DNA from: Promethearchaeota archaeon
GTDB taxonomy: Archaea; Asgardarchaeota; Lokiarchaeia; Sigyniarchaeales; SOKP01
DNA length: 64,000 nucleotides
Direction: 5' to 3'
NCBI GenBank assembly: GCA_030603385.1
Contig: JAUVXW010000006.1
Location: 1-64,000 of the forward strand
In this document: piece after piece, positions 49,674 through 60,835 of the stretch
How the letters are laid out: each line of letters starts with the position of its first letter
Numbering within the stretch: the first letter of the stretch is position 1
The notes under the pieces: generated by a model
Databases searched by the model: none
Told to the model about the DNA's origin: nothing
What the model saw: only the letters and a program-made list of their open reading frames with translations
Made by a program: the position numbers and the translations under genes

Positions 49674-52600
49674 TTAAATTATTAGTTCCCTTATTATAGC
49701 ATTAATTTGCTCAAAATCGTAATGTTTTACAGAGATTGCCCCGACTGGACAATTTGCAGCACAAGTTCCGCACCCTTTACATAAATTTGGATTGATGGAA
49801 GATTTATTTATTATTAAACTCACATCTTCAAATTCCTTCATTGTATTCGTAAGTTCTACAGCATTATAAGCACAGGCTTCCTCACAAGTTCCACATCCAA
49901 TACACATATCCTGATCCACTTCTGCTACCAAACCAGATGTTGTAATTTCTTTTGCACTTAAAAATCTACTTGCTCTTCCAGCAGCACCATTTGCTTGTGA
50001 TATTGAATCTTGAATATTTTTTGGCCACTGAGCACATCCACATAAGAAAATTCCATCTGTGGCAAAATCTAATGGTCTTAGTTTAACATGAGCCTCTAAG
50101 AAAAAACCGTTTTTGTCTAAAGGAACCTTGAGCATCTTCGCCAGGTCTTCTAAATTACCAGCTGGGATCATAGGAGTTGATAATACTATTAAATCTGTCT
50201 CAAATTTGATATAATCTTGTAAATTAGTATCGAATACTTTAATTTCATACTTTTCTGATTCGCCACTCTTATTACTAATTAATGGTGGTTCATCTAAATC
50301 ATATCTTAAGAAAATCGCATCTTTTCTTCGATCACGATAATATTCCTCAAATTCTTTCTTTGCCATTTGAAGATCTCTATAAAGAACTATTAATTCGAGG
50401 TCATTTTTCAATTCTTTTAGAACATTAATGTTTTTAATAGCAGTTCCACAACAAATATTGGAACAGTATGTAATGCCTTCTTTTTGTCTTGCGTTGACAC
50501 ATAACAGTGTGGTAATACGATTAATTTTATCAAGCCAAGACACATTTTCACTTTTCAATTTCTGTTCTAGTTCTAATTGTGTAATTACGTTGTGGTTCTT
50601 GAAAGAGTATTGAAATACATCCTTAGGTTTTAGTTCTTGACCTCCAGTTGCAACAATAATAGTACCAATTTTTAGATCGTGGATCTCATTTTCTGAATCG
50701 ATAACAGTAACATTATAATTTCCAAGATAACCCTTAACATCTTTCATTTGAGAGCTTAGGAAAAGTTGAATATTTACATTTTTCATAACCTTTTCTATGA
50801 TTTCATTTAGTAAGATTGAGGCATCTTCTTGAGTCGGATATAAAACATTTAGGTATCTGAGATTTCCACCTAAAAATTTCTCTTTTTCTACAAGATAAAC
50901 CATGAATCCTTGGTTGGCAATATTTAAAGCAGCACTCATTCCAGATACACCGCCACCAATTACCAAAGCAGTTTGAGTGATTTGCAGTTTTTCCTCTGTT
51001 TGCGGTCTTAATAACCTCGACTTTGCAACTCCCATTCTTATTAGAACCTTAGCTTTTTCGGTAGCTTTTTCTTTTTCTGTCATATGAACCCAAGAACACT
51101 GATCACGTATATTAACCATCTCAAAAAGATATTTATTTAGTCCTGCTTCTTGACATGTTTCTTGAAATAGGGATTCATGTGTTCGCGGTGTACAAGATGC
51201 TACAATAAATCTATTTAAGTTATATTCATCAATTACTTCCTTAATTCGTTGCTGAGAATCAGAACTACAAGAATAGAGGTTATCTTCACAAAAAACCACA
51301 TTAGGCAAGTTCTTTATATGTTCTATAACCTCAGGAATATCAATATATTTCCCAATATTAATCCCACAATGACAAATAAGTACACCAATTCTCGGATCAT
51401 CTGTTATTTTTACTTCTTTCTCGGGAATCTCAAATATCTTTTCTTTAACTTCTGTAAATTTGGAAGAATTTAGTAAAGTTGCTATTTGGGAAGCCACTCC
51501 ACTAGCATCAGCGACAGTCTCTGGTATATCCATTGGACCTTGACAAAATCCAGCTAAAAAGATACCCTCTCTTGAAGATAAAGATTTATTAAAATAAGTT
51601 TTTTCTTTGTAAAAGTTATATTCATCTACTTCAATATTTAAAACTTCAGCTAATTTCCTAGTTCCATTTGAAGGGACTAACGGTGTAGCCAATACTACTA
51701 AATTTGTTTTAAAATCCTTAAATTCTCCAGTTTTTAGGTCTTCATAATGAATAATTAAATCATTTGTTTCTGGATCTTCTATGATCTTATTAACTTTAGT
51801 CTGAAAATATTTTACTCCATATTCTTCTTGAGCCCTTTGAGTAAATTCATAGAAGTTTTTTCCAAATGCTCTAATATCATGTCTAAATATAAAACAACTT
51901 GAGTTTTCAGAGTGCTCCTTTGTAATAATTGCCTCTTTTGCTGTATACATACAGCATACACTCGAACAATAAGGAATTCCTTCATGTAAATCTCTTGAGC
52001 CCGCACATTGGATAAATGCTATTATTTCTGGTTCTTTCTCATCACTTGGTCGGAGAATATGACCTCCAAACGGACCGGATGCAGATAACATTCTTTCATA
52101 TTCTAAAGCATTGACTACATTCTTATAATTATAACCCCATCTTGAGGATAACGCCTCTCCAAGCATATCATAACCAGTCGCCACAACAATAGCTCCTACA
52201 TTTAATTCAATTTCTAGGGGTTTCTGCTCAAAATCTATTGCTTCAGCTTCACATGTTTTTTTACAAACTCCACAAACTCCTTTATTTAAAAATAAACACA
52301 TATCAGGATCGATTAGATATATGGGGGGGACGGCTTGAGGAAAGGGGATATAAACTGATTTTCTCTTACCTAAGTTCATGTCAAATATATTAGGAGTTTC
52401 GATCTTTGGACATTTGGTAGCACAATCCCCACAACCTTTACATTTAGTCTCATCAACATAACGAGGTTTCTTAAGAATGGTGACCTTAAAATTTCCAGGT
52501 TTTCCAGATACTCTTTGGACTTCATGATATGTCATTAACTCTATATTAGGATTTCTGAATACTTCTACCATTTTAGGTGCGAGAATACAAAGGCTACAAT

Positions 52601-52754
52601 CATTAGTAGGGAAGGTTTTATCAAGTTGAGCCATTCTACCTCCAATTGAAGGTGTTTTTTCCACTAAATATACTTTAAAACCTAATTCAGTTAAATCTAA
52701 AGAAGTTTGTATTCCTGCAATCCCCCCTCCAATAACTAATACGGAACCCTCCAT
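49674..52754 (-). CDS. hdrA: Large HdrA-like flavoprotein
   Basis: Close paralog of 45137-48232 with the same motifs. Confidence 0.95.
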   Translation of the reverse strand: MEGSVLVIGGGIAGIQTSLDLTELGFKVYLVEKTPSIGGRMAQLDKTFPTNDCSLCILAPKMVEVFRNPNIELMTYHEVQRVSGKPGNFKVTILKKPRYVDETKCKGCGDCATKCPKIETPNIFDMNLGKRKSVYIPFPQAVPPIYLIDPDMCLFLNKGVCGVCKKTCEAEAIDFEQKPLEIELNVGAIVVATGYDMLGEALSSRWGYNYKNVVNALEYERMLSASGPFGGHILRPSDEKEPEIIAFIQCAGSRDLHEGIPYCSSVCCMYTAKEAIITKEHSENSSCFIFRHDIRAFGKNFYEFTQRAQEEYGVKYFQTKVNKIIEDPETNDLIIHYEDLKTGEFKDFKTNLVVLATPLVPSNGTRKLAEVLNIEVDEYNFYKEKTYFNKSLSSREGIFLAGFCQGPMDIPETVADASGVASQIATLLNSSKFTEVKEKIFEIPEKEVKITDDPRIGVLICHCGINIGKYIDIPEVIEHIKNLPNVVFCEDNLYSCSSDSQQRIKEVIDEYNLNRFIVASCTPRTHESLFQETCQEAGLNKYLFEMVNIRDQCSWVHMTEKEKATEKAKVLIRMGVAKSRLLRPQTEEKLQITQTALVIGGGVSGMSAALNIANQGFMVYLVEKEKFLGGNLRYLNVLYPTQEDASILLNEIIEKVMKNVNIQLFLSSQMKDVKGYLGNYNVTVIDSENEIHDLKIGTIIVATGGQELKPKDVFQYSFKNHNVITQLELEQKLKSENVSWLDKINRITTLLCVNARQKEGITYCSNICCGTAIKNINVLKELKNDLELIVLYRDLQMAKKEFEEYYRDRRKDAIFLRYDLDEPPLISNKSGESEKYEIKVFDTNLQDYIKFETDLIVLSTPMIPAGNLEDLAKMLKVPLDKNGFFLEAHVKLRPLDFATDGIFLCGCAQWPKNIQDSISQANGAAGRASRFLSAKEITTSGLVAEVDQDMCIGCGTCEEACAYNAVELTNTMKEFEDVSLIINKSSINPNLCKGCGTCAANCPVGAISVKHYDFEQINAIIRELII

Positions 52755-53480
52755 TATTTAACACTTCATAAATATATTTTCAAATCTTTTTCAACTGAAT
52801 TAAAAAAAAAGAAATTTAATTATATAAACATTATTATGTAAAATTATCAGTTTTCGACATAAATCACTTTGAAATGATCGAGTCCAATTATGAAATCCGT
52901 TTTATTTATTGAAATCATGCAATCAGATTATGAAATACTGCTCATTCTCGACATTATGGATGATTAGGGACAAATTTGACTTTTTCAATTATCAATACCG
53001 TACATTATGATCAATAGAGAAAATGATACTCATTGAGAATAACCTTTCTGAACACGAAACCTGAGATAATGATCCACCTCAGACAATTTTATTTTTCTCA
53101 GGATAATTACCACAAATTTATACAAAAATCTCAACTAAATTTCTTTTAAGACTCTTTTTTTCGTTTACAAAAGTTTCTTTTACTTGAATTTAAATTCGAG
53201 TGATTTTTTATAAATTTATTGTTTTATAGTTAATTTAAACAGCATTATTGATTCTGGTTTCAATTTGCTACTATATATCCATTAAAAGTTTAAGTTTGAA
53301 AATTTGTCAATCAGCAAATTTTGCTTTTTCATAATTTTTAGTAGTAAAGGTCAGACTTTTTTTCACTAAATTTTCATTGAAATCAGACTCTGAATTTACC
53401 ATTTCATACATATCTTTAGAGATGGATAAAACTATATAATTTAGAGTTAATAAGAAAAAAATTTGTAATTTTTTTAATCA

Positions 53481-53912
53481 TTAAATTGCGAGTAATGGGC
53501 CTAGTTTTTTAATTTGATTAGTAAATTCAGTGATAACTTCAGCAAATCGTTTACCTTCAGAGGCACTTACCCATTCAAGTCTAAATCTCTTATCAAGGTT
53601 AAATAATTTTAGAGTTTCTCGAAAACGTTCAAATCTTTCTTTTGCAAATTCATTTCCTTTTAGATAATGACAATCACCAATATGACATCCTGTCACAATA
53701 ACTCCATCAATACCGTCTTTAAATGCCTCTAAAATGAAAGCTGGGTCTACTCTGCCAGAACACATCACTCTTACTATTTTTATGGTTGGGGGATATTGAA
53801 AACGTGATACTCCAGCTAAATCTGCTCCGGCATAACTACACCAATTACAGCAAAAACATAAAATGTTGGGGGTAAATTCTACATTTTTTCCTTTTTTTTC
53901 TTGACTTATCAA
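53481..53912 (-). CDS. mvhD: MvhD/FlpD iron-sulfur subunit
   Basis: [28 protein letters not shown]. Confidence 0.95.
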   Translation of the reverse strand: MISQEKKGKNVEFTPNILCFCCNWCSYAGADLAGVSRFQYPPTIKIVRVMCSGRVDPAFILEAFKDGIDGVIVTGCHIGDCHYLKGNEFAKERFERFRETLKLFNLDKRFRLEWVSASEGKRFAEVITEFTNQIKKLGPLLAI

Positions 53913-53947
53913 TATTCCTCAGTTTTTTCATTTATTATAATTTAATA

Positions 53948-56900
53948 TTAGGCTAAAAGTGCAGTAATCATGGCATTTATTTGCTCAAAGCCAAAATGTT
54001 TAATAACAATTGTAGAATTTGGGCATTGTGCTCCACATGTTCCACATCCTTTACATAATGCAGGGTTGACATGAGATTTTTTTATCGTAATTGTGCAATC
54101 TTCGAACACTTTTAGTTGCTCTATTAATTCTATAGCGTTAAATTGACAAACTTCAACACAATTTCCACATCCAATGCAATTTTCTTCTATTACAGTTGCA
54201 ACAAGGCCAGAGGTAACAATACTTTTAGCACTTAAAACCTTAACCGCTTGAGCTGCAGCTCCGTTAGCTTGGGCAACAGATTCTCTAATATTTTTAGGTG
54301 AGTGCGCACATCCACATAAAAATATACCATCGGTTGCAAAGTCAATCGGTCTTAATTTCACATGAGCTTCTAGAAAGAATTTATCCTCATTAAGTGGAAC
54401 TTTTAGCATTTTTGCTAGGTCTTCATTTTCTTTTATAGGTGCTACGAGTCCTGTACTTAAAACGATTAACTCTGGATTTATTTCCAATTTTCCTATATCA
54501 AGTCTTTCAACTAAAATACTTAATTTTTTATTTTTTATTTTTAATTCTGGGGGCTTATCTTCATCAAATCTAATGAAAACAACTTTTTTTTCTCTTGCTA
54601 AATTGTAATATTTTTCCTTGAATCCATATGTTCTAATATCGCGATATAAAATCATTATTTCTAGATTTGGATTGATTTCTTTTGCTTTTAATGCATTTTT
54701 TATGGCTTCAGAGCAACATATTCGACTGCAGTATGGATGCTCTTCATTTCTAGAGCCAATACATTGTATCATTACTATTGAATTTAATTTTTTAACATCA
54801 TCAGTGGTAAAAAGAATTTTTTCAAAGTCAGATTGAGATATAATTCTATGATCTTGCCCAAATTTGTATTCGTTTGGTTGATATTCTTTTGCACCCGTAG
54901 CCACAATAATAATTCCATGTTCTAGATCAATACTTTTATTATTTTTTCCATAAAATATATTTGTGGTGAAATTACCTATGTACCCAGATATTGAATTAAT
55001 TTGGGCTTTTGTAAATACTCGAATTAGCTGATTGTTTTCAACTTCTTGTATTAGATTTGTAAGAAATTCCTGAATATCGTCATTTTCAAGGGTTTGAAAA
55101 ATATTTTTTGCAAATCCTCCTAGTGAATCTTCCTTTTCAATTAAGAATACTTCAAAACCTTGAGAAGCCAAATTTAAAGCCGTAGACATTCCAGATACGC
55201 CCCCACCTATAATTAAACCTTTATCGATTACATCAATTTCTTGTTCTTGTAAGGGAATTAACTGTGCAGCTTTAGCTACTGACATCCTTAGTAAGTCTTT
55301 TGCTTTCGCTGTTGCCTTTTCAGCTTCATGCATATGAACCCAAGAACATTGATCTCGGATATTGACCATCTCAAAAAGATATTTGTTCAATCCTACCTCC
55401 TGTATTGTTGCTTGAAATAAGGGTTCGTGAGTTCTTGGAGTACATGAGGCAACTATGACTCTATTAAGTTGATTTTCTCTTATTTTTTCTTTAATATTCG
55501 TTTGAGTATCAGCAGAGCAAGTGTATAGATTATGTTCAGCATATACTACATTTGGTAATGTTTTTACGTATTCAACAATCTCAGGAACGTTAACAACGCC
55601 ACCTATATTAATCCCGCAATGGCATATAAAGATCCCTATTTTTGGTGGTTGATCACTTACATCAATTTCTTCGGGTAGTTCCTTCTTTGAGATTAATGTA
55701 TTTCTTGCATCTGACAGAAGAACATTAACACATCCTGCAGCAGCACTTGCTTCGATAACGGTTTCTGGAATATCTTTGGGCGAAGCAAACATCCCACATA
55801 CATAGATTCCAGGTTTTGATGTTTCTACAGGATTAAAACTTTTAGTTTTACAGAAACCATATTCATTTAACTCTATATTTAACTTCTGGGCTAATTCCAT
55901 AGAACTCTTATTAGGCTGTGCTCCTACGGCAAGAACAACTAAATTAAATATTTCTTCAATAATTTCTCCTGCATCTGTCTCATATCTAATCTTTAAATCT
56001 TTTGAATCTGGAATTTCACTAATAGAGGAAATCCTTCTTCTAATGTATCGTATACCATGTTCATGCTTAGCTCGCTCGATATATTTATCAAAATCTTTAC
56101 CATATGCTCGTATATCCATTGTAAAGATCGTGGGTTCTATAAAATTCACATGTTCTTTTGCAATTACCGCTTCTTTTGTGGTATACATACAACATACTGA
56201 AGAGCAATATTCCGCATTAATCCTTTTATCTCTGGATCCAACACATTGTAGGAACGCTATTTTTTTCGGAATAATTCCATCAGAAGGACGGAGTATTAAA
56301 CCCGAGTGAGGACCACTAGCGCTTAATGTACGTTCAAATTCAGTACTCGTTATAACATTCAAAAATTTATCATAGCCAAGATTTGTTAAAGGACTGGGTT
56401 CAAATTCATCAAAACCAATTGCTACAATTACTGCTCCTATATTAAGGTTAATTCTTCTATCTTTAAGTTCATAATCTATAGCATTAGCTTTACAAATTTC
56501 TTTACAAACTTCACATCCTATACATTTCTCTTTATCTATTGAGAAAACTAATGGAACTGCTTGTGGAAATTTTACAGATATTGCTGCTTTTTTTGATAAT
56601 CCTTCATTGAAAAAATCAATAGCTTCAATAGGGCATTTTTGCGCACACACACCACAGCCAGTACATTTGTCTTGATCCAGATATAATGATTTTTGGACGA
56701 TATCCACATTAAAATTTCCTGGTTTTCCTTCGATTTTCTCGATAGATGAATTTATTAATATATCTATGTTTTCATGACGACCAGTAAGCACTAATTTTGG
56801 AGCAAGGATGCATATAGCACAATCATTAGTAGGAAAAGTTTTATCTAACTGAGACATAACTCCACCGATACTCATCGTTGATTCTACTATATATACTTTA

Positions 56901-56983
56901 TACCCTGAATCTGCTAAATCAATGGAAGCTTGAATACCTGCTATACCTCCACCAACAACCAGTACAGCACCAACTTTTTCCAT
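53948..56983 (-). CDS. hdrA: Large HdrA-like flavoprotein (more divergent paralog)
   Basis: KTFPTNDCAIC, QCVGSRD, second QCIGSR..YCSRICC, C-terminal ferredoxin. Confidence 0.95.
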   Translation of the reverse strand: MEKVGAVLVVGGGIAGIQASIDLADSGYKVYIVESTMSIGGVMSQLDKTFPTNDCAICILAPKLVLTGRHENIDILINSSIEKIEGKPGNFNVDIVQKSLYLDQDKCTGCGVCAQKCPIEAIDFFNEGLSKKAAISVKFPQAVPLVFSIDKEKCIGCEVCKEICKANAIDYELKDRRINLNIGAVIVAIGFDEFEPSPLTNLGYDKFLNVITSTEFERTLSASGPHSGLILRPSDGIIPKKIAFLQCVGSRDKRINAEYCSSVCCMYTTKEAVIAKEHVNFIEPTIFTMDIRAYGKDFDKYIERAKHEHGIRYIRRRISSISEIPDSKDLKIRYETDAGEIIEEIFNLVVLAVGAQPNKSSMELAQKLNIELNEYGFCKTKSFNPVETSKPGIYVCGMFASPKDIPETVIEASAAAGCVNVLLSDARNTLISKKELPEEIDVSDQPPKIGIFICHCGINIGGVVNVPEIVEYVKTLPNVVYAEHNLYTCSADTQTNIKEKIRENQLNRVIVASCTPRTHEPLFQATIQEVGLNKYLFEMVNIRDQCSWVHMHEAEKATAKAKDLLRMSVAKAAQLIPLQEQEIDVIDKGLIIGGGVSGMSTALNLASQGFEVFLIEKEDSLGGFAKNIFQTLENDDIQEFLTNLIQEVENNQLIRVFTKAQINSISGYIGNFTTNIFYGKNNKSIDLEHGIIIVATGAKEYQPNEYKFGQDHRIISQSDFEKILFTTDDVKKLNSIVMIQCIGSRNEEHPYCSRICCSEAIKNALKAKEINPNLEIMILYRDIRTYGFKEKYYNLAREKKVVFIRFDEDKPPELKIKNKKLSILVERLDIGKLEINPELIVLSTGLVAPIKENEDLAKMLKVPLNEDKFFLEAHVKLRPIDFATDGIFLCGCAHSPKNIRESVAQANGAAAQAVKVLSAKSIVTSGLVATVIEENCIGCGNCVEVCQFNAIELIEQLKVFEDCTITIKKSHVNPALCKGCGTCGAQCPNSTIVIKHFGFEQINAMITALLA

Positions 56984-57756
56984 TATTTACCCTCCTTAAT
57001 TGATATGAATGTAGGTATTTCTTCATTAACCTCGTGTAAATCGACTAATCCTTTTTGTCTTAAAGAGACTATATGACTCAACACATTATTTGGGGCAATT
57101 TGAACTTCTTTAGAGATTTCTGGCACTGATTTACCATTTTGAGAAATTATTTGTAATATTTTATGACGTTCAAATTCATTATGGATCGCATCATCAAGAA
57201 TTTGTTCAAATTTCTCTAATGTAATTGTCTCGTTATATGCATTACCTTCATTAATAATTTTTCTTTCTCTACCAACTAGAATTCTAAGTCTTGAATCTTT
57301 CAATACAGATTTTATCGCATCAAAATCGAAACTTAATTTATTTTTTAATTTTTTGTTCTTAATTGGATTTGGACCTAAATTTTTAATATGCTCATTAAAT
57401 TCATTAACTATTTGAGCGAATCTATTTCCTTCAGCAGCAGAAACCCAATCTAAACGTAAACGTTCAGAAAACCCAATTATCTCCAATAATTTACTCAACA
57501 TCTTCATTTTTATCTCTGCTTCAAAATTACCGCTTATATAATGGCAATCTCCTGGATGGCATCCTAAAATAAGCACGCCATCAATATTTCTTGAAAGTGC
57601 TTCAGCAATAAATATAGGATCAACTCTTCCACTACACATTACTCTTACTATTCTAATATTAGGAGAATACTGAATTCGACTTACACCAGCAAGATCAGCT
57701 CCAGCATAAGAGCACCAATTACATAAAAATCCTAAAATTTTTGGATTAAAATTCAT
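56983..57756 (-). CDS. mvhD: MvhD/FlpD subunit with C-terminal winged-helix extension
   Basis: MvhD motifs, then ILQII...SVPEISKEVQIAPNNVLSHIVSLRQKGLV HTH. Confidence 0.9.
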   Translation of the reverse strand: MNFNPKILGFLCNWCSYAGADLAGVSRIQYSPNIRIVRVMCSGRVDPIFIAEALSRNIDGVLILGCHPGDCHYISGNFEAEIKMKMLSKLLEIIGFSERLRLDWVSAAEGNRFAQIVNEFNEHIKNLGPNPIKNKKLKNKLSFDFDAIKSVLKDSRLRILVGRERKIINEGNAYNETITLEKFEQILDDAIHNEFERHKILQIISQNGKSVPEISKEVQIAPNNVLSHIVSLRQKGLVDLHEVNEEIPTFISIKEGK

Positions 57757-57761
57757 TTCAG

Positions 57762-60700
57762 TTAATCTCCTCCATATACAATAATTTCTGATAAGATTTG
57801 GTTGTCTGTGAAGTGATGTATAGTTATTGCATTTTCAGGACAACTGGCACCACATACTCCACATCCTTTACACATAAGTTTGTTAACAACCGCTATTTCT
57901 TGTTCATTCTTCGATATCGCATTATATGGGCAAAGTTTCGTACAAACACCACATCCGATACACATTTCATCATCCACTTCTGCCACTAAACCCGATGCAA
58001 CAATATCTTCTGAACTTAAAAATCTGCTTGCTCTTCCTGCTGCTCCATTTGCCTGAGTAATTGATTCTTGAATATGTTTTGGCCAATGGGCACATCCACA
58101 TAAAAATATTCCCTCCGTAGCAAAATCTACGGGTCTTAATTTAACATGGGCTTCTAAGAAAAAACCTTGACTATCTAAGGGCACTTTGAGCATTTTTGCT
58201 AATTCTTCTGAATTTTCTGGAGGACTCATGGGAGGAGATAAGACGATTAGATCTGTTTCAAAATTGATAATATCTTGTAAATTAGTATCAAATACTTTTA
58301 TTCCATATTTTTCAGGTTTATTGCTTATTTTTTTAATTTCTGGCGGATTCTCTAAATCATATCTCAGAAGAATTGCATCTTTTCTTCTGTCAAAGAAATA
58401 TTCTTCAAATTCTTTTTTAGCCATTTGAAAATCTCGATAAAGAACAATCATTTCGAGATCCGGCTTTAATTCTTTAAGGATATTCAAATTTTTAATAGAT
58501 ATTGCACAACAAACATTTGAACAGTATGTAATTCCTTCTTTTTCTCTCGCATTAGCACACAAGATAGTCGTTATACGTTTGATCTTATCAAGCCATGATT
58601 TATCTTCAGCTTTTAATTTCCTTTCTAATTCTAATTGGGTAATCACATTTTGATTTTTATTATCATATTGAGGATATCCAATAGGTTTTAATTCTCGACC
58701 TCCAGTAGCAACTATAATAACACCAACTTTGTGTTCGCTAATTTCATGTTTGGAGTCAATAATGGACACGTCATAATTACCAATATATCCTTTAACATCG
58801 TTTACTTTAGATTCCAACCAAACTTGAATCTTTTTATTTTTTGTAATATCTTCTTTTATATTCCTTAAAAATGTTGAAGAATCTTCTTGAGTGGGATATA
58901 AGAGATATAAATCATTCAAAATTCCCCCTAGCATCTTCGCTTTTTCTACGAGATAAACAGTAAATCCTTGATTAGCGATGGTTAATGCAGCAGTCATTCC
59001 AGATATTCCACCACCTATTATTAATGCTTTTTGTGTTACTGATAGTGTTTGTTCTTCTTGGGGCTTTAATAATCTGGATTTAGCAACAGCCATTTCAATT
59101 AGATCTTTTGCTTTTTGCGTAGCTTCTTCATGTTGTTCCATGTGGACCCAAGAACACTGGTCCCTGATGTTAGCCATCTGAAACAAGTATTTATTCATTC
59201 CTGCTTCTTGACATGTCTCTTGAAATAATGATTCATGAGTTCGCGGCGTACACGATGCTACAATAAACCTATTTAAATTAAATTCATCTATCACTTCTTT
59301 AATTCGTTCTTGAGAATCGGAACTGCATGAATACAAATTGTCTTCACAATAAACCACATTAGGCAAGTTCTTTATATGTTCTATAACCCCAGGAATATCA
59401 ATATATTTCCCAATGTTAATCCCACAATGACAAATAAGTACGCCAATTCTAGGGTCGTCTGTTAATTTAACTTCTTTTTCTGGTACTTCTATTATTTTTT
59501 CTTTAGTTTCAGTAAATTTAACAGAACTAAGTAGGACCGCTACTTGTGAAGCCACTCCACTGGCATCAGCTACAGTTTCAGGTATATCCATAGGACCTTG
59601 GCAAAATCCCGCTAAAAATATACCTTTTTTCGAGGATATTGATTTAGTAAAATGCGATTTCTCCTTAAAAAAATTATAGTCATCAAGTTCGATATCTAAA
59701 ATCTTAGCTAATTCTTCTGTTCCAATAGAGGGAATCAAAGGTGTTGCCAAGACGACTAAGTTTGCTCGAAAATCATTAAGTAATCCTGATTGTAAATCTT
59801 CATAATGAATAATCAAATCATTAGTTTCAGGATCTTCCTTAATTTTACTAATTTTCGTATGAAAATAATTTACCCCATACTCACTTTGAGCTCTCTGTGT
59901 GAATTCGTAGAAATTCTTTCCATAAGCTCTAATATCATGTCTAAAAACATAACATTGTGAATGATCAGAATGTTCCTTAGTGATTATGGCTTCCTTACTC
60001 GTATACATGCAACATACGCTAGAACAATAGGGAATTCTTTCGTGCAAGTCTCTTGATCCCGCACATTGAATAAATGCTACTATTTCTGGTTCATTCTTGT
60101 CACTCGGACGTAAAACTTGCCCACCAAAAGGTCCAGAAGCAGATAAAATTCTTTCATACTCCAAGGCAGTCACTACATTATCGTAATTAATACCCCATCT
60201 TGATGATAAACCATCTCTGGCCATATCAAAGCCAGTAGCAACCACTATCGCTCCGACTTTTATTTGAATTTCTTCAGGTTTTTGTGTGAAATCTATAGCT
60301 TCTGCTTCACAAACTTTTTCACAGACACCACATACATCCCTTGTTAGTTTTAAACACATATCAGGATCAATCAAATAAATTGGCGGAACTGCTTGAGGAA
60401 ATGGGATATATATAGATTTTCTTTTTCCTAGATCCATATCAAATATATTTGGGGCTTCGATCTTTGGACATTTAGTGGTACAGTCTCCACATCCTTTGCA
60501 TTTAGTCTCATCAACAAAACGAGGCTTCTTAAGAACGGTAACCTTAAAGTTTCCGGAGTCTCCAGTAATATCTTTAACTTCATGATAAGTCATTAACTCG
60601 ATGTTAGGATTTCTGAATACTTCAACCATTTTGGGTGCCAAGATGCATAAACTACAATCTAAAGTAGGAAATGTTTTATCGAGTTGAGCCATTCTACCTC

Positions 60701-60812
60701 CAATAGAGGGAGTTTTTTCCACTAGATAAACTTTAAATCCAATTTCCGTTAAATCTAAAGATGCCTGGATTCCAGCAATACCTCCTCCAATTACTAACAC
60801 AGATCCTTCCAT
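57762..60812 (-). CDS. hdrA: Large HdrA-like flavoprotein
   Basis: Close paralog of 45137 and 49674 copies; KTFPTLDC. Confidence 0.95.
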   Translation of the reverse strand: MEGSVLVIGGGIAGIQASLDLTEIGFKVYLVEKTPSIGGRMAQLDKTFPTLDCSLCILAPKMVEVFRNPNIELMTYHEVKDITGDSGNFKVTVLKKPRFVDETKCKGCGDCTTKCPKIEAPNIFDMDLGKRKSIYIPFPQAVPPIYLIDPDMCLKLTRDVCGVCEKVCEAEAIDFTQKPEEIQIKVGAIVVATGFDMARDGLSSRWGINYDNVVTALEYERILSASGPFGGQVLRPSDKNEPEIVAFIQCAGSRDLHERIPYCSSVCCMYTSKEAIITKEHSDHSQCYVFRHDIRAYGKNFYEFTQRAQSEYGVNYFHTKISKIKEDPETNDLIIHYEDLQSGLLNDFRANLVVLATPLIPSIGTEELAKILDIELDDYNFFKEKSHFTKSISSKKGIFLAGFCQGPMDIPETVADASGVASQVAVLLSSVKFTETKEKIIEVPEKEVKLTDDPRIGVLICHCGINIGKYIDIPGVIEHIKNLPNVVYCEDNLYSCSSDSQERIKEVIDEFNLNRFIVASCTPRTHESLFQETCQEAGMNKYLFQMANIRDQCSWVHMEQHEEATQKAKDLIEMAVAKSRLLKPQEEQTLSVTQKALIIGGGISGMTAALTIANQGFTVYLVEKAKMLGGILNDLYLLYPTQEDSSTFLRNIKEDITKNKKIQVWLESKVNDVKGYIGNYDVSIIDSKHEISEHKVGVIIVATGGRELKPIGYPQYDNKNQNVITQLELERKLKAEDKSWLDKIKRITTILCANAREKEGITYCSNVCCAISIKNLNILKELKPDLEMIVLYRDFQMAKKEFEEYFFDRRKDAILLRYDLENPPEIKKISNKPEKYGIKVFDTNLQDIINFETDLIVLSPPMSPPENSEELAKMLKVPLDSQGFFLEAHVKLRPVDFATEGIFLCGCAHWPKHIQESITQANGAAGRASRFLSSEDIVASGLVAEVDDEMCIGCGVCTKLCPYNAISKNEQEIAVVNKLMCKGCGVCGASCPENAITIHHFTDNQILSEIIVYGGD

Positions 60813-60835
60813 TATAATATGATCTCCTCAATTTT

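Noticed and set aside
44684-60812. Selenocysteine recoding/SECIS in hdrA and mvhD (known selenoprotein families in some archaea, including Lokiarchaeia)
   Set aside because: All copies are full-length open frames with Cys at the relevant motifs (T.DC..C, CNWC, GDCHY). No in-frame TGA is needed and I saw no convincing SECIS downstream.
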